A stretch of DNA of 64,000 nt. Source: Monodelphis domestica (lineage: Eukaryota). Made by a program: the position numbers and the translations under genes. Positions 47,265-60,434 of this stretch are shown here, piece after piece (the stretch's first letter is position 1; each line of letters opens with the position of its first letter). The notes under the pieces were generated by a model. The model had not been told where the DNA came from and made no database searches. It was given only the letters and a program-made list of their open reading frames with translations. The DNA lies in the NCBI RefSeq assembly GCF_027887165.1, contig NC_077230.1:289142949-289206948 (forward strand), in the 5' to 3' direction.

Positions 47265-47657
47265 AGAGGCCCCCAAACTTTTTACACAGGAGCCAGTTCA
47301 TTGTCCTTCAGACCATTGGAGGGCTGGACTATGAAAAACTAACCTTAACCCTAACGGGGCAGCAGTATATACAGTGCAGAATCCCCTCCCCCAGATTGCC
47401 GCTCACCATGCTGACGTCTTCCATTGTACAGCCACATAATCCTTTGCGCAGTGCCTCGTTTTAAGGTGCCACTCAAAGGATTATGTCACCAGAAGTAGTG
47501 CTGTATGTGAGCGATGCCATGCTTTGCAGTGCTGCCACATATAGTGCTCCTCTCACCACCAATGAAAGAGGTGCCCCTTCTGGAAGTGCAGTGGGGGCCA
47601 GATACATGGCCTCAGGGGACTGTATGTGGCCTGCAGGCCATAGTTTGGGGACCCCTG
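47265..47657 (+). mobile_element. Candidate TIR-flanked (MITE-like) element
   Basis: Left end agaggcccccaaactt versus the reverse complement of the right end aggggtccccaaactatgg (13/15 match); an internal perfect 13-bp hairpin acataatcctttg(27 nt)caaaggattatgt at 47434-47486; GC content is higher than the flanks. Confidence 0.25.
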
Positions 47658-48346
47658 ATCTATTCCATTGCTAGGCTTAAAGTCTTTCCAACTTGGAAAG
47701 ATCTACCAGTGTTTGTGTTCTGCTGTTCTTGCCTTTGGGAGCCCAGGGTCACCTCTGTGTCATAATGAAGCATTGGAAAAAAGGACTTCAGTAGAGGAAG
47801 TTACTCATACTTTAAAAGAAAACAAAAAAAAAACCTTTTAGTTGAATTTATGGCTGGGCTGGGCTTCCAGCCCATAGACTGCCCTTGACCTACAAACAGA
47901 AACTCTACAATCATGCAACTTTGTGCTTTCCCTGTGCATTTTTTCTCTAAGCTAGAGATATTTCTTCTTGGAATGAGATCAGTATTTGTATCTTGTTAAT
48001 TTTATGGCCTCTGCCAAGGTTATATGACTTATTCTGAAATGAAAGGAACTGAGATGCCAAGTAACTTGGCAACTTACTTTTCAACCTTGCTACATCATCA
48101 GAAATTGGTGCAATTTCTGTCCTAGCAAAAGTACTTTTTTCTACCATTATGAAAAAAATTATCAAGCAGCTAATTAAGAGAACCACGCAGGTGTAGTTCC
48201 TGACCTTTTTGAGTTTGTAATCAAGGACACAATAGCACAAATACATATACATAAGAAACATACAAAATAGAACAACTACATTAAACCTAAGTTGTGAGTG
48301 GTTCATTGGCAAAGCACATCCAACAAATACAGGTTTCAAGTAAGTA

Positions 48347-48375
48347 TTTTGTGTGCGTGTGTGTGTGTGTGTACA
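48347..48375 (+). repeat. (GT)n microsatellite
   Basis: gtgtgcgtgtgtgtgtgtgtgtac. Confidence 0.85.
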
Positions 48376-49301
48376 GTGCAAGGGTGAATATCAGAAAAAG
48401 TAACCATGAGTGTTCTAAATGTAGCCTTTACTAGAAGTTCTCATTCTTAGTAGGATAAACTGTGGACTAGGTGGTAAAACAGTTGGCCTTTGTTTGAAGC
48501 CCTCTAGATTATTTCTCTTTTTGAAAACCAGGGCCATGTTTTCCCATCTCAGGTGAATGTTGTGATGATAAGTTTAGAGCTGGAATATTGGGGTTTTTTT
48601 TCCTGTTCCCCACTGAGCTATCTTTTCTTTAAAAAGGCTTTATTAATGCCCTTATCTTTCTTTTTTTAGCCATCCCTATTACTTCCCAGTGATTCCCTCA
48701 TTTGCTAAATGAACCTTTTTTAGAACAATTAAGTACAGTCAAGCAAAATAAATCAACAAATTGGCCAAATCTAAAAATGTATGCCCTTTTCAGGCCTGTA
48801 GTTTAACACTTCTCTGCCAAAAGGCAGGAGGCAGGTTTTACTATCAGACCTTTAGAGTCCTGTTAAGTCACTTCAGTGATCAAAATTCTGAAATCTTTCA
48901 ATATTGTTTTCCTTGATCTTATTGTGACCATTAAGTGAAATATCCTTCTTGCTCTTATCTTACTTCATTTTGTATCAATTCATACAAATATTCCCAAGTT
49001 TCTCTAAATTCTTAATATTCAACATAGCATATAATATCCTATTACATTCACATCCCAATTTGACCAACCATTCCTAAATCAATGGACATATACTTTGTCA
49101 GTCAATAAATATTTATTAAACACCTTCTATGTGCCAGTCACTGCACTATGTGCTGGAGTTACAGAAAAAGGCAAAAGACAGTCCCTGCTTTCCTTCCAGT
49201 TTTTTACAACTACAAAAAAATTCTTCCATAAATATTTTTTCATGTGGCTCCTTTACTCCATATTTAATTTCTTTATTTTACAAATACCTATTAGTGGTAT
49301 C

Positions 49302-49521
49302 GGGGCAGCTAATTGGCACAGTGGATGGAGTGCCATACCTATAATCAGGAAGATTTGAGTTCAAATCTGGTCTCAGTCTGTTTTAGCTATGTGACCCTGG
49401 GCAAATCACTTAACTCTATTTGTATCTGTAAAATGAGCTGGAGAAGGAAATGACAAACCACATCATTATCTTTGCCATGAAAACCCCAAATGTGGTCATG
49501 AAGAGTCAGACACACCTGAAA
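49302..49521 (+). mobile_element. Family-B SINE (full length)
   Basis: ggggcagctaattggcacagtggatggagtgccatacctataatcaggaagatttgagttcaaatctggtctcag...gctggagaaggaaatgacaaaccacatcattatctttgccatgaaaaccccaaatgtggtcatgaagagtcagacacacctgaa. Confidence 0.85.
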
Positions 49522-51323
49522 TGTGTAAACAACAATTATCACCAGATCAGAGGATGTACATTTTAGTGACTTTTAGGGATATAATTCCAAATGCTTTCCC
49601 AAAATGGTTGGACAGATTGTCTCCTGCAGTGCATTTAGTATGGCTGTTTTCCTACAGCCTCTCCAGTATTTATTTGTCTCTTCTTGTCTTTCGTGTTTCT
49701 TTTCATCTTTCCCAGTCAGGTAGATATAAAGAAGAGAACTTCAGACTTGTTTTAATTTGCAGTTCTCTTATTATTAGAGATTTGGAGCATTCCTTAATAT
49801 GGACAATGATAATTTACATTTTTTTCCTTGTAAAATTTTCTTTTCATATATTTTGACCCTCATAAATTTTCAGAGATCAAGGATGGCAGCTCAGACATGA
49901 CACCCCTCTGTTCTTTTAGCACTCTTAATGTAGTTTGTGCAGATTTGGTGACTTGTACTCATTAATGAAAGCTGGATGTGTTCTAGTCATCTCCTCACAT
50001 TTCTTGGTACAAGATATTTTAGGCTAACTGTCTTTTAAGGAACCCTAAGAGTTTCATGGGGGTATATTTTACTATACTACATAATAGACTTGGGCATCAG
50101 ATATTTTAATGAAATTGCTGATATAAAAAAATTTGAAGTTGGTATTACCATTTGTTTTTGGTAGGGGGAGTTCCCTCACCTGGAGTTCTCTCCATGAAAT
50201 TACATATCTAACAAAAAAAAAATTACTGTTTGTTTCTACTGTGATGAAACTAGGAGTAATATTAATAAGAAATATGAATTGTCTTATAATTCATCACATT
50301 TATTACAAAATTCCATTTGTGTTTAATATGACTAATAATTATATTTTAATGTTTTCAATGCTTACCCTCCCCTATCAGAGATAATTGATTATAGAACAAT
50401 ATAAATTTCCCCCCTTGTCATTTGTAATGTGTACAGACACACACATATATATATGCATACTAAATAATTACAATTTGAATGCTTGAAGTTTCTTTGCTTT
50501 AAAATTTTTTTTTCTATGACTTAAAGATTGAAAATCTCCTTGAGCAATAGGTAGCAATTGTAGATTTATTAGTAGATTGACCTTTCCAATTATCATGAAA
50601 GTAATCTTAGAATGATAGGCTTTAAAGTTAGAACCGTAAAGCTCACCTAGTTTAAGCTTATCATTTTATAAATGCAGAAACTGACACTCAAAGATGTGAA
50701 TTGTTTTGACCAGTTCACATCAGTTCTAGCAAGTGGCAGAGCCCTGGCTTTCCTTTACAATGCTTTTTCTTTAAAAAAAAAAGTTTGTTAATACAGTTAG
50801 TATTTACTCTCATTTCTAAATTCCTCCCCTCCCCTTATATTTTAATCTCCCTCTTGTGACAAAGAAAATCAAGCTGCACATGACTGTATACACTTATAAT
50901 CTCTGCCTGAAGCTAGCAAGTCACTTGAGTTCAGGAGTTCTTAGCTGCAAAAGAGCTAAAGCCAATCTGTACTAAGATTGTCTGTTCTAAGCCCAATCCC
51001 AATATGACAGGGTAGGGGGAATGTCAATCTTCTATATAAGGGTCCAACTTGCTGTCCAACTGGTCAGAAAGAAAGCAGGGCAAAGCTTCCCTGGTGATAA
51101 GCATTTGGGTCAATGCACTTGCAGACTGGACAAGATAGGGAGACCCAGACTCAAAACCAAACCAAAACATTGAACAAACATATTTGTTCTAGTAACTATA
51201 TTTGACAGTATATACAATGTTCAAAGCTAGTCATCTACTGCCTCTCTGTAGTGAAAAAGGTTTGATTCATTATCTGTTTTCTAGATCTTTGTCAATTTTA
51301 CATTTAATCAGACTTCAATTCAT

Positions 51324-51501
51324 TTTTTTTCCCAAAAGCCTTACTTTTTTTAGCATTGGTTCTGAGTATCATTTCCAAGGCAGAAGGGTGGTAAGGGCTA
51401 GGCAACTGGGGTTAAGTGAATTTCCCAGATTAACACAGATTTCAGCCTAAGACCTCCTATCTCCAGGCCTGTCTCTATCTACTGAGCAAACTAGCTGCCT
51501 C
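51324..51501 (-). mobile_element. tRNA-derived SINE family A (antisense)
   Basis: ttttttttcccaaaagccttactttttttagcattggttctgagtatcatttccaaggcagaagggtggtaagggctaggcaactggggttaagtg...ctactgagcaaactagctgcctc. Confidence 0.8.
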
Positions 51502-51526
51502 TAGTTCAATTCATTTTAAGCTATTT

Positions 51527-51572
51527 TCACACTCACACACACACACACACACAGACACACACACACACAAGA
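51527..51572 (+). repeat. (CA)n microsatellite, imperfect
   Basis: cacactcacacacacacacacacacagacacacacacacacaag. Confidence 0.9.
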
Positions 51573-51809
51573 GTACTTTTCCCCACTATAACGTTGTATT
51601 AGTTTTATGGGGATATGGCATGTGTTTCAGACCCTGCATTGCAAATGTCAGCCCTCAGTCTACAGGGCCTACAAGAAAACTAAGACACATGACACAACTA
51701 CTACCGGTACAGCTTAAATCCCAAATACCCAAAGTTTGTGTCAGCAGCTTTTCACAGAAATATTTTTGATAGCATTTTATTAACCAAGTGAAACTTGTTC
51801 TATTTCCAG

Positions 51810-51941
51810 ATCATTGTTTTTCAAACATATACCAATAAGAGTCATCTGCCTATTGAAACAAAGTTTGTCTTTCCCTTGGATGACAAAGCAGCTGTGTGTG
51901 GATTTGAAGCTTTCATAAATGGCAAACATATAATAGGAGAG
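51810..51941 (+). CDS. PARP4: PARP4 VIT-domain exon: IIVFQTYTNKSHLPIETKFVFPLDDKAAVCGFEAFINGKHIIGE
   Basis: Near-identical to human VIVFQTYTNKSHVPIEAKYIFPLDDKAAVCGFEAFINGKHIVGE; acceptor atttccag|atc, donor gag|gtaaag. Confidence 0.93.
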
Positions 51942-52193
51942 GTAAAGGATAATGAATTTATACTCATCTGTTCTTTCTCTCTGCTGACCTACTCTTTTAT
52001 TGGTCTCATGTAATGGTTTTATGAAGAATGATTTTACATGTAATGGCTACTTTTCAAGTTTGCATTCATTTAGACTTTTTTTTTCATTTCTGAAATGTAC
52101 ATTTCCAGGATTTGAATTTGAATAATTAGCTGTACTATATGAAATAATGAAGTTACTATATGTATCATGACATTTTAACATGCTCTTTTCTAG

Positions 52194-52280
52194 GTTAAAG
52201 AAAAGGAAGAAGCCCATCAGGAGTACAGAGAAGCCATCAAACAAGGTCACGGAGCTTACTTGATGGATCAGGACACTCCT
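52194..52280 (+). CDS. PARP4: PARP4 VIT-domain exon: VKEKEEAHQEYREAIKQGHGAYLMDQDTP
   Basis: Matches human IKEKEEAQQEYLEAVTQGHGAYLMSQDAP (29 aa in both); acceptor ttttctag|gtt, donor cct|gtatgg. Confidence 0.88.
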
Positions 52281-54790
52281 GTATGGCATGCTATTAATTT
52301 GTTAGTTTCCATGTTAATCAGAGTTAGAAAAAAGTTTTAAAATCTTTAATATATATAATACCCACTATAAAGTAAAAATTAAAAATATATGTAATCCCCA
52401 CTATCAAGTGAAAATTAAAAATATTTTCTACTATCAGAGAGAAACCTTGCCTAGGAATTCAGCATGTCCAGTACTCTTTGGCATGTCATTTGCATCTCTG
52501 AATCAGTTACGGAATGTAGACTTTGACAATAGTGAATTCTTTCTTACTTTACATGAATTAATATTTTATAATCTAAGTTTAAATTTATCTTGGATTTAGA
52601 CCCCGTCAACTTCCAAAAGTATGTAAAGAAAATTATAAGATAAAGATGATCAAATTGGTGTTATTATAAAGCTAAATGAAAAATAAGAGAAATAATGTTT
52701 TTGCTATATGGACCATGTAGTTTAATGACTAGGGTTCTAATGTTAATTGAAATCAGAATGACTAAGAGTCCACTCTTACGTCTCCACTGTAATTTTGTGG
52801 CAAGTTGGATGTATGAAAAACAAACGGAAAATTTGAGTATGGAAAAAATAATATTCTAATAATCAAGTTTCTGAGAAGTGAAATGCAATAGTGGAAAGAA
52901 TTGGACCTTGAAGTCAGGAAAATCTGGATTCAAGGTTGGCCCCTGACAAATAATACTTTTATAAAACCTTGGGAAAGGGACTTAATGTCTCAGTGTACTC
53001 AGGCAAGCCATGAAGACAAAAGTTGACAGACAAGTTTCCTATTTGTATCTTCTTCTATGGAATTCTCTAAATTGTCCAGTGAAGTCTGGTCTGGGCAAAA
53101 ATCTCTAGTAAACAGATGATCAGAAAACCAGATTGTTAGAAAATCAGAATCTTTTCTATGGTTTAAGCATTCTGACCAGATGTGATCAAAACTTTGCAGA
53201 GGCAAAATATACACATTGATCTTCCCTTTGGAAGTTGAGATTATGTGAATCCACTAACATCAGCAGTGTGTACTGAACCCAGCTCTACAGGACAAGTCTA
53301 GTTCTTTCTAAGGAATGAAATTTCTGGGCTTCATAGTCCAGGTTTCAAAAGAAGGTTTCAAAAACCATGTTAACTAGAAACACAAAATAATCACATTTTA
53401 TGGCTACAAAGAATGATATTCAATGGATTTTGATTTGAGGAGGAGTCCTCAACTTCACTAGAATTTGGGGAGGGTGGATTTTACCCACAGAGATAGGAAG
53501 ATTAGTTTTATTGTTTAGCGGGAATATATTTGCATCAAGCTTCATATGTAAGACAAGATTTTATAATTGATTGATAGGAAACTTTGGGTGTGAAGAATAT
53601 TAGGCAAGATTCTCTATAACAGAGAATGCTAATTAAGATCTAGATCCTAATCATAAATTTTATTTTGATTTATCTGAAGACTACCCAAAGGGAATTTCCT
53701 ATTTATCTTTAGGACCACAAAAGCAAAAAGACTGCTTTGAATTGATTGAATGCAGTACAATTTTCCTGTTCATGTAGGGAGTTGTTGGAGTTGTTAGCCA
53801 CTGGAATTATAATGGGTCTTCATTATGACTATGAATTTGTAAATTTGTCTATTGGTGGGTGGGCTAACTCAGCAAGGTATGGTGATTTCCATCCTGAAGA
53901 CCTTGTTGAAAAAAAAATACTGTTATCAACCAACATCTTTGCTTCCTTGATAATGAAAAGTAATTGTGGAGCACTAAAGAATCTGAGAATGATTTTAAAT
54001 TAATTCCTTCATAGGAGGTAAATCAGATTGTAAATTTACCAATGTAAGTGGATTATGCTAACAAGTAATTGTCTTTTATTGTTCCTCATTATAAGTAACC
54101 TTATAGAGAATAAAAGAATCTCAAGATTTAGGAGTCTCTGATATTGTTTAGTCCAACTCAAATATTAAAAGAAGTTTCCTCACAATGTACCCAATAGGAC
54201 TTAAATAGGTGTAGTAAGGTGTAGTAGTAGTTCTACTGTCTAGTTGTAGTGCTTGTAGGACCTCTGAAGAATCAACAGTATGAGGGAGTGAGAAAGGGAA
54301 GGAGGAAGATATTTCTCAATCATTGACCAGACTCTCCCATTTCAGTTAATATTTCCTTTTCTCCATTAAAAAAAAAGTAAAATTTTAATACAGCAAGTAG
54401 ATTCACCAAAGGTCAAAGCAAGGTCTTGATCTAGGCTAAAAAACCTACAAAGATTTTGGCAACCTGGAAAGACTTCATGTAGAGGCCTGTGTGTGTTATC
54501 TAAGAATCAACCTATTCTAAGTTCAGAAAGGCTTAAGTCTACATTGGCAGGTAATGAATTTCTTGGCTACAATAATTTATTAAGGCATAGAAGGGATCAC
54601 AGGATCACAGCCTGAGTTGATGGAAGGAGTGCCAGCCTCAGCAAAATTATGAATCTTCAAAATGAGCTTTAACACTATCCCCAGTTTCCTATCTTTATTA
54701 TTTGAATTAGTTATTAATGTAGACCATTAAATGGTGACCTTCAACTAGATAAGTCTTAGATTTGCAAAACATATAATGCTTCCATTTCAG

Positions 54791-54955
54791 GACGTCTTTA
54801 CTGTGAGCATTGGAAACTTACCGCCTCAGGCCAAAGTTCTTATCAAAATTACCTATATCACTGAGCTCAGTTTTCATCATGGATGTGCCAGCTTCTTCAT
54901 GCCTGCTACTGTAGTACCATGGCAACAGGACAAAGTGTTAAATGAAAATTTGCAG
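54791..54955 (+). CDS. PARP4: PARP4 VIT-domain exon: DVFTVSIGNLPPQAKVLIKITYITELSFHHGCASFFMPATVVPWQQDKVLNENLQ
   Basis: Matches human DVFTVSVGNLPPKAKVLIKITYITELSILGTVGVFFMPATVAPWQQDKALNENLQ; acceptor catttcag|gac, donor cag|gtttgt. Confidence 0.93.
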
Positions 54956-55169
54956 GTTTGTGTATTAACATTACATTATGCATTATAGTTTCTTTAGATT
55001 TGTAGCTTTAAAATTAATTATCAAAAGAAATCGAATGTCCTTGTTATAAATAGGTAAATGTTTCCTAATGTTTTTGGCATAAATAGGTAATGGTTCCTAT
55101 TTAGTATGCATGTTAATGAGAAAAATAAGAAAAAAATATATTTAGTTTCTCTGTTTTAGATATCAATAG

Positions 55170-55450
55170 CAATTAGATGCAGCCAGATAGCAATTAGATG
55201 CAGCCAGATAGCACAGCAGAGAGAGTACCCATCCTGAAGTCAGGAAGACCTGATTTCAAATCCTACCTAAAGGCACTTAGCTGTTTTTTTGGCCCCAGCC
55301 AAGCATTTAACCTGTTTACCTCAGTTTTTACATCTGTGAAATAGAAATGATATCATCTAACTCCCAGAGTTGTGAGAATCAAATGAGATAATAATTGTAG
55401 TGTTTAACATATTAGTAAGTACTACATAAATGTTGGCTGTTGGTTGCTAG
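55170..55450 (+). mobile_element. MIR-type SINE with a 21-bp tandem duplication at its head
   Basis: agcaattagatgcagccagat repeated twice, then ...gaagtcaggaagacctgatttcaaatcctacc...tcagtttttacatctgtgaaatagaaatgatatc...gttgtgagaatcaaatgagataataattgtag...agtaagtactacataaatgttggctg. Confidence 0.7.
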
Positions 55451-55712
55451 TTCAATAACTTTTCTGAGTACATTACTTAATAATTAATTGAACTGACAGT
55501 GACTTACTCTTCAAATGGAAAATGCATGATGTTTGCAAACCATAGAAATATTTCAGATGTGCAAAGTTGCAAACTAACAGCATTATTTATGTTGCAATAA
55601 TTCATTGATGTGAATATATTCAGTGACTTAACATTTACTTTATATACCCATTGTTGTATTAGACCCACCCTGAAACTTCATGAATACATGATGATATTCT
55701 TATTTTTCACAG

Positions 55713-55759
55713 GATACAGTAGAGAAAGTTTGCATTAAGGAAGTAGGAATGCAGCAACG
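55713..55759 (+). CDS. PARP4: PARP4 47-nt exon: DTVEKVCIKEVGMQQ(R)
   Basis: Matches human DTVEKICIKEIGTKQS; acceptor ttttcacag|gat, donor acg|gtaagt; ends phase 2 and is completed by the first nt of the next exon. Confidence 0.82.
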
Positions 55760-56059
55760 GTAAGTAACTGAAATTTAAAACTTTAATATGTCATGGCTGA
55801 ATTTAGTGGACATTAGTATCATATTTTAAAGTTCCATTTGAAATGTCATATATACACATAAGTATAATACAAGGTAGAGTGTCATTGGGACAAAGAAGAG
55901 GACCAGGAGGTTCTAGTAAAATTTTAGGGGAGAGAGAATACTTTCACATGAAGAAAATCAGGTAAAATCCTGCAAAAGTGGTGGCAACTCAGCTGATCTG
56001 AGAGAGTGATGAAAAGGATGTATTCTAGGCAAGGGAGATGGTCTGTGCAAATTCTTAGA

Positions 56060-56215
56060 GGGTGTGATCAATACATAAGCATTTATTAAACACTTATTAG
56101 GTGCTAAGCAGTGTGCCCTTAGGTGATGCAAACCCAAAAATGAAATAATAATTGCCTTCAAGGAGCTTGCATTCAATAGGAGACAAATTGTACTTATAAG
56201 TTTATTCAAAATAAA
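56060..56215 (+). mobile_element. MIR-like fragment
   Basis: catttattaaacacttattaggtgctaagcagtgtgcccttaggtgatgcaaacccaaaaatgaaataataattgccttcaaggagcttgcattcaataggagacaaattgtac. Confidence 0.55.
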
Positions 56216-56361
56216 TACAAGATAATTTGAAGGATGCTACAGCTAGCATATAAAATCTGGGGAACAATTTGTGGTTTCTTTTGTTTAAAATACAGAGTAT
56301 GTGAAGGGAACTAGTATCTCTTTGCATATTAAATTGAGATTCTTTTTTTCATATTTGATAG

Positions 56362-56440
56362 ATTCTTTTTAAATATGTCGATTGAGATGCCACATGTAAT
56401 TGAGTTAATTACCAGTGATACACATAAACTCAAAATAAAG
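56362..56440 (+). CDS. PARP4: PARP4 exon: (R)FFLNMSIEMPHVIELITSDTHKLKIK
   Basis: Matches human SFSLTMSIEMPYVIEFIFSDTHELKQK; acceptor tttgatag|att, donor aag|gtatgt. Confidence 0.85.
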
Positions 56441-56939
56441 GTATGTAAATCTTTCTCTTTAAAACTTAATTATCATTATTTTGAAATGTCATTATTTTGA
56501 AAATAATTTCATATTTTTAAAAATGTTGCCATCAGTCAAGGTTATTCATAAGAATTTTTAAATTGTAAAATTTATAAGATATGATAAAATGCTATATGTG
56601 ACTGATATATGTTGGACCAACTTAGATAATTCAAGGAAAGACATATTAGAGGACAATCTGTATCTACTATTATCTACCTTATGACTTAATAAGTGTCCTT
56701 TTCCAGTTTGGTTTGACTTTGTAGATGTATACAAATTTTGAACTTCATTATATGTCTGAATGTGACTGAAATCAAACACTTACCCTAAGAATTCATATCT
56801 TTCAAGTGATCAGAAACCCATAATGTTAGAATTTATTTTTTAACTCTTCTTTAAACTATGCTTTGAAAAATATATATGCTACAGTTACTGGCAAGAATGG
56901 AAAATGTTCAATTAATTTTTTTTTCCTTTTGTCATATAG

Positions 56940-57077
56940 AAAACGGACTGCAAAGCTGTTATCAGCACCTTGGATAACAGTTCCTTAGACAGCAAAGGCT
57001 TTTCTCTCCAGATTCATATAGGAGATGCTTACCTCCCAAGAATGTGGGTTGAAAAGCATCCAAACAAGAAAAGTGAG
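56940..57077 (+). CDS. PARP4: PARP4 exon: KTDCKAVISTLDNSSLDSKGFSLQIHIGDAYLPRMWVEKHPNKKSE
   Basis: Matches human RTDCKAVISTMEGSSLDSSGFSLHIGLSAAYLPRMWVEKHPEKESE; acceptor tcatatag|aaa, donor gag|gtaaat. Confidence 0.9.
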
Positions 57078-58687
57078 GTAAATCCCTTTTTAATGGAAAA
57101 AAATATGACTATCAACCAATTTAATTGTTTAAGAAACATTTTGGAAGAAAAATGACCAAGTCCATTCCAGTTTCATTTGAATTCATTGTCAGTTGGCACC
57201 ATTACAGATAATCGAATACAAAAATCAACAACCTTATGCTTGCTGAACAATTTTTTTTATAATTATTACATGGCTTTGTGTAATGGACAAAAGAATATTA
57301 ACTAATAAATTGATATCTACCTAAAGGGAAATCTCTAGAATAGTAACACAGTTGGCCTAGTTCAGTTAAAATTTTTTTTTATCAGTAACTAAATTGAAAT
57401 GATGAAGACACAGATGATGTATTTTTCAAATTTATACGTGAAATGAAACTATGAGGGATAAATAATACAGGAGCTAAAAATATCAACAGATTAGAATGGT
57501 GCTGAGAAGAACTTAAGCTTAGAAAATGAAACTGAAGAGAGGTCAATGCAAAGGTCTATTTTGAGAAAAAAATCTCAATTGCACAAAGGATTAAAAAACA
57601 TGACTATGTAGCAATTGATATGAAAAAGAACTGAGGATTTTTGTAAACTGCAAGGTAAAAGTGAATCAATTGAGTGAAGTGGCTTCCAGAAGAGCTAATG
57701 TGATCTACTACATTAATAGAAGGATATTGTTGAGAGCGAGAAAAATGATAATGCCACTGGACTCTTCCCTGATCAGACTATATCCAAAATATTGTAATCA
57801 ATTCTGGTAGTAGATTTTAAATAGACATAAGCAAGTCAGATCAAAGAAACCAAAATGGTGAAGGAACTTGAAATAATTCCATAAAATGATTCATCAAAGG
57901 ACTGAGGATGTTTAGACTAAAGAAAAGAAAACTTTTCCAAAGATGTACTCTATTTGTCTTTAAAAAATATTTTTAAAGAATTGGAAGAATGTAGAAGTGC
58001 AACTAGTTTTGTGGTGTTTATCCCAGAGTAGTAATTACAAAGAGGTCAACTTCACTAACTAATATTAGAAAGATCTGCGTAATAATTAGAGCTGTTCAAA
58101 AACTAAGGGGACTAAGTTCTCTATCACTAGATGTCTTCCAGTGGAGACTGGTTGATCACTTGTCAAAACTATTGTATAAGGGTTACCTGTTTTGAATAGG
58201 GATTAGGCTAGATATCCATTGAAGCCCCTTTTAGTTTTAAAATTCTGTGGTTCTATTCTTTGACCTTGCAGCATTTCTCTACCCCTCTCCACAAGCATGT
58301 CATTGGAAAGTTTGTCAAATAACTTTACCAAAATCTTTGCCTATTACATTCTCCTGTTCCATGATCAGTCTTATAATCCTATGCATTAAACATGGAAATG
58401 AAATTAGGATGAGCTGCTCTGTTCTTGTTGAACTGATTCTAACTGATAATGATTAATTATCCATTCTTTAACTGAGAGCTTGTCTATAATACATTGTAGA
58501 AAAATAAAAAATAAAAAAGTAAATAACACATTATAGAGGTTTATCTGAAATTACTCAGACTTATTGTTCTATAGTTTGAAAAAAAATTCTTCCTTGTTTT
58601 TTAAATCAGGAAAATTTCCAAGCTTTAGTTCCATTTTCTTTTTTCTGAATAGGCAGTCTTTTTTTTAATGTTTACTTGTATAATTAA

Positions 58688-58856
58688 TACTCTGTGTGTT
58701 CTGATTCCAAAGCAAAAGAGCGATAAGGGATAGGTAAATGGGGGTTAAGTGACTTTCCCAAGGTCACACAGCTATGAAGTATCTAATTCTAGATTTGAAC
58801 ACAGGACCTCTCATCTCTAGACCTGGCTCTCAATCTACTGAGCCACCTAGTTATCC
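58688..58856 (-). mobile_element. tRNA-derived SINE family A (antisense, tail-truncated)
   Basis: ctctgtgtgttctgattccaaagcaaaagagcgataagggataggtaaatgggggttaagtgactttcccaaggtcacacagctatgaagtatc...caatctactgagccacctagttatcc. Confidence 0.8.
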
Positions 58857-59949
58857 TATAGGTCAGTTTTATTGTCCTTCATTCCCCCTACACAACTCTC
58901 ATTCCCCTTGAGATCTTCACCCAAATAACTCAACTATATTTCTCTTTCAAGTTAATGGCTTCCACATAGGTATGCATATTCTTAATATATAGTGTTATTC
59001 CACCTCACCTTTTATCCATTCTGTCCCTTTTCAAAACTGAATTTTTATTGAGATCTTGTATTTTTTGCATCACCAGTATTTTTCCTAGTGACCCTCTTCT
59101 TCCTACTCCCAGAAGGTTTTCCTGTAAAACAGATAATAGTTAATCCATTCCTCTCAAATAAGATATGTCTTTGTTTCTGTTTCCATTTGAATTAAATACT
59201 TAAATTATTTGGTTTTCTCTTGCCTCCTTTTTTTCTTCCAAGTTCTCAGCCTCTTTGACCCATTCCTCTGTTGTTTCAAAACTGTTGACAATATCTTTCA
59301 TTTCCTGCTGTGATATTTGACGTTGACTTCTGTCATGGAGGATAATTGAATTTCTCTGCTAACAAGCCCTAAAACCAGCAGAAGCAAATGGTATAGAATG
59401 TTCGGTTGTTGGCCTTCAGTAATCTTATCACAAGTCTTCTATTTGTGACAAGTTTCTGCTCCTCAATTTTCTAACCTGTCAAGATAATTTTGAATCCATT
59501 TTTCAGTTATCTACTATGGTTGATTGTCTTTTCAGATTCTGTGTCATCTGCAGAACTGATAAGTATGTGCTGCTGGAGACTGACAAATTATTGACAGAAG
59601 CCAAGCATTAAGCTTTGTGGCCTCCCTCATTGGCTTTTTTCTGGGCTGACAATGATTACGAGTCACCATTCTTTGGGTGCGATTGTTTAACTCCATAAAT
59701 CCATCTAATTTATTATAACCTAGCCCTTATTTTTCCATCTAATCCACTAAGATAATATAAAAGATTTTTGTCAAATGATTTTTAAAAAATCAAATATACC
59801 ATGCCTGTGGCATTCTTCTGACTTAGCAAGTCTACTAAAAAAACAGAAGGGCATTATGGAATTCCTCACAACATGTAGACTAATTAAACAATTGCATGTT
59901 AGATATGTCTGACTCTTTTGACCTCAGTACTGACTCTTTGAAGGAGGGA

Positions 59950-60130
59950 AAAAAAATAAGGTATGGATGGTGTGTTTGAAGTCAAGGACATAGATTCATC
60001 CCCAGCTCTGCCATTTATTCCATTTGTTATCAGAGCCAAGTCACTTGAATTCTGAGTCTTAGTCATTTCATCTGTAAAATGAAGGCATTGGACTGGATGA
60101 CTTCCAAAGTCCTTTCCCATTCTTAATTTA
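59950..60130 (+). mobile_element. MIR fragment
   Basis: ...cagctctgccatttattccatttgttatcagagccaagtcacttgaattctgagtcttagtcatttcatctgtaaaatgaaggcattggactggatgacttccaaagtcctttcc. Confidence 0.65.
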
Positions 60131-60194
60131 TCTTTGTGTGAAGATACTAATTTAATTACTGTGATAGAACACATTCTCATCCTGTCTCTGCTTT

Positions 60195-60434
60195 GTTGTC
60201 AAGTCATTTTTCAGTCATGTCTGACTCTTGATCCCATTTAAGATTTTCTTAGGAGAAATACTGGATTGGTTTTCCATTTACATCTCCAATTTATTTTACA
60301 GATGAGGAAACTTGAGTTAAGTGACTTGCCCAGTCACACAGCTTAATAAGTTTCTGATGCCACATTTGAACTCACAAAGGTGAGCGTTCCTGATTTTAGG
60401 GCCAACACTTTATTGACTGTGCCACCTAGGTGCC
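60195..60434 (-). mobile_element. Family-B SINE (antisense)
   Basis: ttgttgtcaagtcatttttcagtcatgtctgactcttgatcccatttaagattttcttaggagaaatactggattggttttccatttacatctccaatttattttacagatgaggaaacttgag...gactgtgccacctaggtgcc. Confidence 0.85.

Noticed and set aside
47947-48381. A 144-aa ORF on the minus strand
   Set aside because: It contains a (CA)n-derived HTHTHT run and AT-rich intronic sequence, and has no homology.
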